NCBI GenBank assembly: GCA_029838215.1
Contig: JALGVI010000069.1
Span: 1 to 17,763, forward strand
Length of the DNA stretch: 17,763 nt
Origin: Candidatus Helarchaeota archaeon
GTDB lineage: Archaea > Asgardarchaeota > Lokiarchaeia > Helarchaeales > RDOG01
Direction of reading: 5' to 3'
Positions 1 through 6,611 of the stretch are shown here, piece by piece. A program made the translations under genes and the position numbers. Numbering within the stretch: position 1 is the stretch's first letter; each line of letters starts with the position of its first letter. The notes under the pieces were generated by a model that was not told the DNA's origin, made no database searches, and saw only the letters and a list, made by a program, of their open reading frames with translations.

Positions 1-1
1 A

Positions 2-85
2 GATTTAATACCGATGGTCAACCATATCAACGATAAAGATGAAAAGATGAAAAATTTATTTTCTCTCTTGCACGAAGTTCAATGA
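2..85 (+). CDS. Probable 3' end of a gene truncated by the window edge (...DLIPMVNHINDKDEKMKNLFSLLHEVQ*)
   Basis: Frame 2 is open from the window start to TGA at 83-85. The peptide looks natural and is followed by an AT-rich intergenic stretch. It is too short to identify. Confidence 0.4.
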   Translation, partial: DLIPMVNHINDKDEKMKNLFSLLHEVQ

Positions 86-296
86 ATTCACTCTCATCGT
101 GCTAGTCAAGACACGTATTAATTAATTGCAAATATTACTGATTTTTATCGTGGATGAAAACGATTTGGTAATAAATTCTATAATTTTTGACCTTTTCCTT
201 TATAAATTGTGTCAGAAATTTAACGTCCAATTTTAAAATGACTACTTTTTCAAATTAATTCAAATTCATGATAATAAATTGAATAAGTGGTGAGAC

Positions 297-683
297 ATGA
301 AAAGAGGAAACCAATATTACAGTTTGGAAGCAGATCCTTCTAAAAATAGGATTTATTTCAGCATCATCGGCTACACACCTTCTGTTGATGCCATTCCTAA
401 TTTCGAAGAGGACTGGAAAAAAACGGTGGATGAAGTCAAACCCGGTTTTACCATTTTAGGCGATTTAATGAACATGAAGCCGCATCCTCCAGATGTCGAA
501 GCTTTGAACACGAAGGTTCAAGCCTGGTTAATGACGAAGGGGTGCAGGAAAGTCGCTCAATTGGCTCCAATTGAAGCAAGAATGCAAGTAAATAAATTCT
601 CAGAAGAATCTGGTTTGAAAAAAGTTCTAAGGGCATTTCATTACAAAAAAACTGCTGAAATTTGGCTTAATAAAGTAGAATGA
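297..683 (+). CDS. Small alpha/beta protein, STAS/SEC14 (SpoIIAA-like) type, function unknown
   Basis: 128-aa ORF with RBS-like GGTGAG at 289-294. The pattern 'TILGDLMNMK...KVAQL...RAFHYKKTAEIWL' resembles SpoIIAA-like/STAS-SEC14 proteins, which typically end in F.....A..WL. Confidence 0.55.
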   Translation: MKRGNQYYSLEADPSKNRIYFSIIGYTPSVDAIPNFEEDWKKTVDEVKPGFTILGDLMNMKPHPPDVEALNTKVQAWLMTKGCRKVAQLAPIEARMQVNKFSEESGLKKVLRAFHYKKTAEIWLNKVE

Positions 684-731
684 TTAGAATGGCTCAATAG
701 ATTTGGTCTAGACCTTGGTTTAAAACCGCTC

Positions 732-775
732 AAGGATCGTAATCCTTCTCTCTTTTTTCCTTCTTTTTAGTTCAA
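732..775 (+). terminator. Hairpin plus pyrimidine/U-rich tract downstream of 297..683
   Basis: AAGGAT-cgta-ATCCTT (732-747) forms a perfect 6-bp stem and is followed by ctctcttttttccttctttttag. Confidence 0.45.
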
Positions 776-945
776 GTTTTTCTATGAGCCGATTCATTTA
801 ATTCTTAAGAAAAACTGACAAGAGATTTTAAAAACTGTCATTTTCCAGTCATCGAAAGTAAAGAACTTGAAATGAAGTAAATACCTATCATTTTTTAATC
901 CAAATTGCATTTAAGATTTAGAGTTATTTATTTGGAGCGTTTTTT

Positions 946-2118
946 ATGACTCACACGTGGTCAGAGATCCCCAAGGATCTTACAGGGCGTTATTTCGTGC
1001 CTTTGGGTTCGAACCATATTTGGAAGATGTATCAGGAATTGGGCTTTGAGCGGATCAAGGACATGACTCAGGAGGTTTCCACCGAGATTCTTTATGATAC
1101 GTTTTCCTTGCGATTGGATGAATCGATTCAGAGTTCGAAGGCGACGATAGAGGGAACCCTTCCCACAGAGCCCGAAAAGACATTGACTTACATGTTTTTT
1201 CCGACGGTCACCACGACCAGGGTGGATCTTCAGCAAGGATCAATGAGACTGGTTTATGGAAATAGTGTAGACGCTGCTTATGTATGCATTAATGATTATA
1301 CGAACGAAATCCTTTATATTTTAAACACGCACTCTGAAGATGGCATTCCCGTGGACTGGTGGATCATCGGTCCTGAAGATGAACTTTTGGAGCGTCGGCA
1401 CTTAAAATACGGAATCAAGATTCGAGATTTGCCGAAAAAAACAAAGAATCTCGTGGACTGCGGAAGGAAGATCACGGACGTTCTCAAGGACGTCCGGAAT
1501 GAACGCACTCCGCAGTGGTCCGAGTCCATGTACTTGATTGCCATGCAGTTTGGGTCTTCAACGATAGAATTAGTCTTGGAACAAAGTAATTATGAGAGTT
1601 TCGGGACGATTTGGAGCGGGATAAATGCCAAGAGAATTTTTGGATTACCCGATCATTGGTTCATTTACGTGCCGTTTCCTTCTTTTCTACAGACAATGAG
1701 CATGTTACCCCGACCCGATTGGATGATCAAGATGACCGGTCTAACGACGGCGCAAAAATTCTGCATTCAGCATTTAGAAGAGTCCGCCCGTGAAAAAGCC
1801 AAGGAAGAGTTTCCCGAATTCATCGAACTGGGCGTGAAGAAGTCGTGGTATGATCCCGGTATTCCTCTTCCTGCCGCAAGCATTCAGGTCAAATATCCCA
1901 ATCTCAAGAAAAAGGAAACGTGGGAGCAGGAGAACTTCAAGTGGCATTATCCGGAAAGCACCAAGTTTATCCAACCTGAGGATTTCGGGATGACAATGGA
2001 TGAAGCGTGTGAGGGCATCCTTTTAAACGTGAATCACGAAACCCCCTTGGATCGAAAACTCTCTAGGGATGACATACTTTCAACGGGAATTGGCAGAAAG
2101 ACAAAGGTCTGGAAATAA
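946..2118 (+). CDS. Uncharacterised ~390-aa soluble protein, copy A; paralogue of 14753..15925
   Basis: Long ORF with GGAG at 934-937. It shares colinear motifs with 14753..15925 over the whole length: DLQQGSM.L.YG, N.H.EDGIPVDW, RRHLK.GIK, RNER.PQW, NHET, STGIG. I do not recognise a known domain. Confidence 0.85.
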   Translation: MTHTWSEIPKDLTGRYFVPLGSNHIWKMYQELGFERIKDMTQEVSTEILYDTFSLRLDESIQSSKATIEGTLPTEPEKTLTYMFFPTVTTTRVDLQQGSMRLVYGNSVDAAYVCINDYTNEILYILNTHSEDGIPVDWWIIGPEDELLERRHLKYGIKIRDLPKKTKNLVDCGRKITDVLKDVRNERTPQWSESMYLIAMQFGSSTIELVLEQSNYESFGTIWSGINAKRIFGLPDHWFIYVPFPSFLQTMSMLPRPDWMIKMTGLTTAQKFCIQHLEESAREKAKEEFPEFIELGVKKSWYDPGIPLPAASIQVKYPNLKKKETWEQENFKWHYPESTKFIQPEDFGMTMDEACEGILLNVNHETPLDRKLSRDDILSTGIGRKTKVWK

Positions 2119-2141
2119 CGACAATTTTATTTTCTCATTAA

Positions 2142-2663
2142 TCATGGTGTAATAACCAGTGATCCAACGATTTCATCAACCAATTCATCAAATTCTTTAT
2201 TGTATCGTGCTTGCAAGCAGGTTGCCGTGATCGTGCAGGCTAGATCGCCTTGGATTATCGTGAAATACTGAATCCATGCCAAGAGGAAGTCCAGCATTTT
2301 TCCTTTATATTTTATTTTAATTGCCGGAAAGTAGGAGACAACGGCTTCTTCTTTTGACGAAATGCTGAAGTTTTCGATGTTCTTTTGAAGTGTTTGAATT
2401 TTATGGATGGCGTGTTCGTCAAGGAGCTCACGAGGTCGTCCTTTAAAGCTTGAGTAAGCGGGATCATTGACTAAATCCAAGATTTCGGCTCCAATATTAA
2501 TGTTTCGGATGAAATTGGAGGATTCGGTTTTACAGGTTAAATCCTCTTCAGAGATGATGAGCATGAGTTCCTTGACCGGCAGGTCTTGATCTTGGACGTG
2601 CCAACCGAACGGGTACTTGATTTCGATTCCAATTTCGGGATTTTTGTATGTCACGTAATTCAT
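2142..2663 (-). CDS. PsbP/DcrB-like (Mog1p/PsbP-fold) protein
   Basis: N-terminal 'YKNPEIGIEIKYPFGW' matches the Y.N...G....YP..W signature, and the C-terminal 'ITAT...Y..EFD.....IVGSL' is typical. The start was moved from the track's 2750 to ATG 2663, which has GGAG 10 nt upstream; the longer start overlaps the cupin gene. ATG 2684 is an alternative. Confidence 0.6.
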   Translation of the reverse strand: MNYVTYKNPEIGIEIKYPFGWHVQDQDLPVKELMLIISEEDLTCKTESSNFIRNINIGAEILDLVNDPAYSSFKGRPRELLDEHAIHKIQTLQKNIENFSISSKEEAVVSYFPAIKIKYKGKMLDFLLAWIQYFTIIQGDLACTITATCLQARYNKEFDELVDEIVGSLVITP

Positions 2664-2698
2664 GACGAAGACTCTCCATGACATGAAAAAAAGAAAAA

Positions 2699-2965
2699 TT
2701 ATTTGAACGTGTATTTTTTTCGGATCTTCTTGTTGACGATCCACTCGCACTTGAGACCTTTGGGAAACGTGTATAGGTAACCAGGCTCAACGTGCATTTC
2801 ACCCGATGGCGTTTTAACCGTGACATCACCTTCCAATACGTATGCGACTTCATCCGTGTCGTATTCCCAGGGAAAAGTGGATTCGTCGCACTCCCATGTT
2901 GACCACGAGTCGAGTGCTTCTTTTTTTTGCTCTTCGGTTGGTTTTTCTTTCTTGATTTCGGACAT
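2699..2965 (-). CDS. Cupin_3 (DUF861/EutQ-like) small cupin
   Basis: 'WSTWECDESTFPWEYDTDEVAYVLEG.V.V......H.EPG..YTFPKG..CEW.V....RK.Y' is the characteristic cupin_3 pattern. The start could be 2965, 2971 or 2974. Confidence 0.85.
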   Translation of the reverse strand: MSEIKKEKPTEEQKKEALDSWSTWECDESTFPWEYDTDEVAYVLEGDVTVKTPSGEMHVEPGYLYTFPKGLKCEWIVNKKIRKKYTFK

Positions 2966-3308
2966 GTTCATCACTTTAGAGATGTTTTAATTAGAAGTCA
3001 AGATATTTTATATTTTTTTATTTTTAAATGTTAATTTCCGATCTTTCACATGTTTTGGAATTTAATACGGCTTTTTTTTTGAAAATGGGGCGCGTAATGC
3101 ACGTGGTGTTGAAAATGGGCTTTTCTCATGATTGATTTTGCCGTTTAATCATCCGTGTTGGGTGAAATCTTAATGAGACGATTTATATTATCAAACCATT
3201 AATCATTAAAAATAAATATGACAAAACCAAAAATTTGTTATCAAATCTCTATTTATTTAGATGATAGGATTATGTCATGCGTAGAATGACTAACGGAAGT
3301 ATGAAAAA

Positions 3309-3776
3309 ATGGGCGATATACAGATAAGAGCAGTAAATGAAGAAGATAAGGAAGCAATTACGGAATTAGTCAAGGAATTCGTAATCTCTTTAAACGAGCC
3401 ATTTTATGAGAGTCTTTGGATGACGCTACTAGAGAGCTATTTCGTGGGTCTTTCAGTAAAAGAATTGGCTTTCACTGATATTGGAATCTTTTGTGCAGAT
3501 AATGGTGATAAACTCGTGGGTTGCGTTGTTGCAGAAGTAGAACAGGATTTGTTGAAGAGGAAATACGGTGATATCTCGCTGTGGTACGTGAAGCAGGAAG
3601 CACGCGGTCAGAAGGTTGGAAAAAAGCTATTAGAAGCGGCCGTGAGCTTTTTGAAAGATAAAGGCGTGACTATCATAGAATCGAACATCAGAGAAGAAGC
3701 CATGGCGGCATCAAAGATTTTTGAGGATATGGGTTTTAAGCGACGTTATACACGGTTGAGGCTTACAACAAAATAA
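3309..3776 (+). CDS. GNAT-family N-acetyltransferase
   Basis: N-terminal 'IQIRAVNEEDKEAI', acetyl-CoA motif A 'LWYVKQEARGQKVGKKLL' and C-terminal 'A..IFEDMGF'. Confidence 0.9.
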   Translation: MGDIQIRAVNEEDKEAITELVKEFVISLNEPFYESLWMTLLESYFVGLSVKELAFTDIGIFCADNGDKLVGCVVAEVEQDLLKRKYGDISLWYVKQEARGQKVGKKLLEAAVSFLKDKGVTIIESNIREEAMAASKIFEDMGFKRRYTRLRLTTK

Positions 3777-3802
3777 TTAAAAATTTTTAATTGTTTTTTT
3801 TT
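3775..3802. terminator. 18-bp AT palindrome plus T-run between convergent genes; candidate terminator
   Basis: AATTAAAAATTTTTAATT (3775-3792) is a perfect palindrome, followed by T9 at 3794-3802. It lies in the 35-bp gap between the GNAT and CCG genes. Confidence 0.4.
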
Positions 3803-3811
3803 CTTTATTTT

Positions 3812-5086
3812 TTAAAGTTTAAGCTTGATTTTTGGAGTTTTTTCTAGTTTCCTGTTTTTTCCTTTCCCGGTAAAAGTCGACAATTGTTCGAAGAAGAGTT
3901 GTCTGAGGATTTTTCCCCGTTCGTAATGAATGTTTGCAGGAACAACGCCAGTTGCTTTTTGGATCATTTCAATGACGTGGAAGATGTCCATCCGTGCTTC
4001 AAAATCTTTCTTCGAGAGATTCGTCAGGAAACCTAACGTTGGAGCGCAGCTACTGCAGCCGCCCAGAACCATCGCATTAGCCCCTGTCTTTCTTGCCTCT
4101 GCCATTTTTCGCCGCATCACCTGATTCTGCACGGTGCTGATGTCGAAGGAGCTTCCAATACCGCCCAGACCGCAACAAATTGAATCATTCTTGTTGTGTT
4201 CCATCTCCACGATCGTTGCTCCAGTCCAGTTGATTATCTCGCGAATGAGATCGAATTTTTCGGGGTGCAATTTAAGGAAGCATGGGTCATGAATGGTCAC
4301 GGTCATTCCCTCTAGGGAACGTGTTTGTTGGATCTTGCCCTTTTTTATTTTTTCCTGCAATTCATCAAGCAGATAAACCACTTCAAAGTCAAATTTCTTG
4401 ATGAATTCGGGATAGAATTTGGTGAAAATTGAATAACAACCGATACAGGCACAAACGATTTTTTTCACGCCGAGCGAATGCAGGAGGTCAGTCGTGTTCT
4501 TGGCAATTTGGGTGAAGTGATCAAACAGTCCCATCTGATAATATCGTGCGCCGCAACAAAATTCTCGTCCGCCTTTGGTGTATTCATTCAAGAGATTTAT
4601 ATTAAAAATGTATGGCGTGAGTTCTGCTCCACACCCGATTAAAAGAATCTCGCTTGTTTTTCGGGGCTTCCTCAGGTCCTTCAGGAATTTCCTCTCATCC
4701 AAGCTCAGGTATTGGTAAATGGCATCTTCCTTTTGGCCTTGAAGTAGAGTCCAAAAATTGGGTTCACTTCTTGGCAGGAAAAACCTTCCCTGTCCTGGAA
4801 GTCCCTGCTTTTCATATCTTTGCGCAAATAATTTTAAAATGAGATTCATTGGTTTTAATTCGGCTGGACAGTAATCTTGATTACAAGAAAAGCAAGCAGC
4901 ACACTTGATGAAGATGTTGCTCGGGTCAGGTGACTTTGCCCCCTTTCTCATCTTGTCGAGGGCGCTATTCATTTCAACGCGGGCATAGTTGGGCTTGAGA
5001 TGTATGACAGGACAGCGATTGAGACAGGCTCCGCCACAGCCACCATATTCTTCGCACTTGTCCAAATCAAATTCTAACACGTTCAA
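3812..5086 (-). CDS. HdrD/GlcF-like Fe-S protein: N-terminal 2x[4Fe-4S] domain plus two CCG domains
   Basis: Ferredoxin-like Cys groups C-x4-C-x3-C-x3-CP and C-x2-C-x2-C-x4-CP. CCG domain 1: IGC / FCCG / CIGC. CCG domain 2: HDPC / ICCG / GCSSC. TTG start preceded by GGAG. Confidence 0.85.
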   Translation of the reverse strand: MNVLEFDLDKCEEYGGCGGACLNRCPVIHLKPNYARVEMNSALDKMRKGAKSPDPSNIFIKCAACFSCNQDYCPAELKPMNLILKLFAQRYEKQGLPGQGRFFLPRSEPNFWTLLQGQKEDAIYQYLSLDERKFLKDLRKPRKTSEILLIGCGAELTPYIFNINLLNEYTKGGREFCCGARYYQMGLFDHFTQIAKNTTDLLHSLGVKKIVCACIGCYSIFTKFYPEFIKKFDFEVVYLLDELQEKIKKGKIQQTRSLEGMTVTIHDPCFLKLHPEKFDLIREIINWTGATIVEMEHNKNDSICCGLGGIGSSFDISTVQNQVMRRKMAEARKTGANAMVLGGCSSCAPTLGFLTNLSKKDFEARMDIFHVIEMIQKATGVVPANIHYERGKILRQLFFEQLSTFTGKGKNRKLEKTPKIKLKL

Positions 5087-5095
5087 TTCACTCCA

Positions 5096-5326
5096 TTAGT
5101 TACCGGTTATCCGTCCTTCTATTAATATTAGCAAGCCGACGGCTATCAAGACATATTGAAAAAGCGGGATTTTATTAATGATCGGAATTGAAATGGGAAT
5201 CGAAATCGTGAAGGGATCGGGAATGATGCAGGGAAGACTAAAATATGAGAGCCAACAAGGAATCGAGTAAACCACGCCGCAAAAAATGAGTAATAGACCC
5301 GAAATGATTAATGATGTTCTTGTCAT
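5096..5326 (-). CDS. Small two-TM membrane protein, probably co-transcribed with the CCG gene
   Basis: 76 aa with two hydrophobic segments. Its stop codon (5096-5098) abuts the GGAG RBS of 3812..5086. Confidence 0.6.
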   Translation of the reverse strand: MTRTSLIISGLLLIFCGVVYSIPCWLSYFSLPCIIPDPFTISIPISIPIINKIPLFQYVLIAVGLLILIEGRITGN

Positions 5327-5441
5327 TTTTTATCTCACCGCGAATAATTGATCTTGTTAAGATTTTGTCTTCACGGATATAAAATTGTTGAGATTGACCA
5401 AAGTAAAATAAAAGCTGATTGATAAGTTAAAGTGATGCCTG

Positions 5442-5774
5442 ATGTTTGATCGCAGGGAATTCATGAAACGGTTGACGGAAGAAATCAAAAAGGCTCAAGA
5501 ATCGATGGAGCCACCTCCCGAGCCCATTTTTTATTACGAGGCATGTAATGGATGTGGTAGTTGTCTTTTTATCTGCGAATCTATTAAATTTGATGACGTG
5601 GATGAAGCCCGAGAAGAGATGGATCGTGCTATTAAGTATAGTCTGGGAAACTCGGAAGAAAAACCCCTTCGCATCTTGAATGACTGTGTATTATGCGGAA
5701 TCTGCAGCGATTATTGCTCCCGTCTTGCTGAACCCGTGGTTTTGTTCAAGAAAATAAAAGATCAAGAAATTTAG
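5442..5774 (+). CDS. 2x[4Fe-4S] ferredoxin-like (HdrC-like) protein
   Basis: Two CxxCxxCxxxC motifs: CNGCGSCLFIC and CVLCGICSDYC. Confidence 0.85.
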   Translation: MFDRREFMKRLTEEIKKAQESMEPPPEPIFYYEACNGCGSCLFICESIKFDDVDEAREEMDRAIKYSLGNSEEKPLRILNDCVLCGICSDYCSRLAEPVVLFKKIKDQEI

Positions 5775-5803
5775 GCATTTATGGACTGCCTTGAGATGGA
5801 TTT

Positions 5804-6541
5804 TCATGCTTTTGCATAGCCGTTTTCGATTAACTCGATCATTCGTTCGTGGGCATAAGCATAGATTTTTTGAATGATTTCGAGAAGTTCGATCTTGATG
5901 GCGCCGGGAACCATCAGCATGTTTCTATATTCACGTTTTGGAAGTTTTTCAAGCATCATCTTTTCAATGTTAGTTTCACGTTGAGCGTAGCCGAGTGCTT
6001 CTTCTTTCGTGGGTATGGCTGAAATGGAAATTTCATCGTAATTATTACCAATGCCAAACTTGATGATTCTTGCGTACATTTTAATGCGGGACTTAAAAAT
6101 ATCCCGAAAATATGACTCGAATTCTTTGTAGTGTTCATGACGCTTGCGGAGAATGCCACCCAAACTGTCGTTGTTGATTAGCGTTTTCAGATTTTCATTT
6201 ACGATCGATTCGAGAAAAGCATCATCATCGAGTTTATCTACAAAGCGGTTGGCACATTCTAACATCAGTTCCACGTTGGCTTTTGTCTTCCTGCGCTCGT
6301 CGGGAGCAATGACGGTGAGATAAATTGGTTCGAATGCTAAATATTCTTTTCGAAGCAATTTTTCCGTATGTTTTAATCCAATTTCAACCTCTTCTAAATA
6401 AAACTCCGTTAGAATTTGCATGTTCTTCATTCTTTGTTCCTGTGAATCGGAGATGGTTCTCACCTTCGATAAGATTTTAAAAAACAAATCAGACCTGAAT
6501 CCAACTCTCTCAAAGATATTTGAATTTATTGGTAAATCCAT
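5804..6541 (-). CDS. Hypothetical, predicted largely alpha-helical soluble protein (245 aa)
   Basis: Long ORF with charged, amphipathic composition that fills the gap between its neighbours. No motif recognised. Confidence 0.75.
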   Translation of the reverse strand: MDLPINSNIFERVGFRSDLFFKILSKVRTISDSQEQRMKNMQILTEFYLEEVEIGLKHTEKLLRKEYLAFEPIYLTVIAPDERRKTKANVELMLECANRFVDKLDDDAFLESIVNENLKTLINNDSLGGILRKRHEHYKEFESYFRDIFKSRIKMYARIIKFGIGNNYDEISISAIPTKEEALGYAQRETNIEKMMLEKLPKREYRNMLMVPGAIKIELLEIIQKIYAYAHERMIELIENGYAKA

Positions 6542-6611
6542 TTTAAGGATAAGATTTTATATGTAAGTAGAGCAAAAGTATTTGTATATTTTTCTGGAAG
6601 TGAGGAACTCC

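Noticed and set aside
681-830. Selenocysteine readthrough of TGA 681-683 with a downstream SECIS
   Set aside because: The protein already ends at the natural family terminus (A..WL). The readthrough peptide is low-complexity. The ATGA at 784 has no complementary helix II or GA partner.
3812-5774. A complete heterodisulfide reductase implying methanogenesis
   Set aside because: There is no HdrA, HdrE, Mvh or Mcr gene here. CCG proteins are widespread in non-methanogenic anaerobes.
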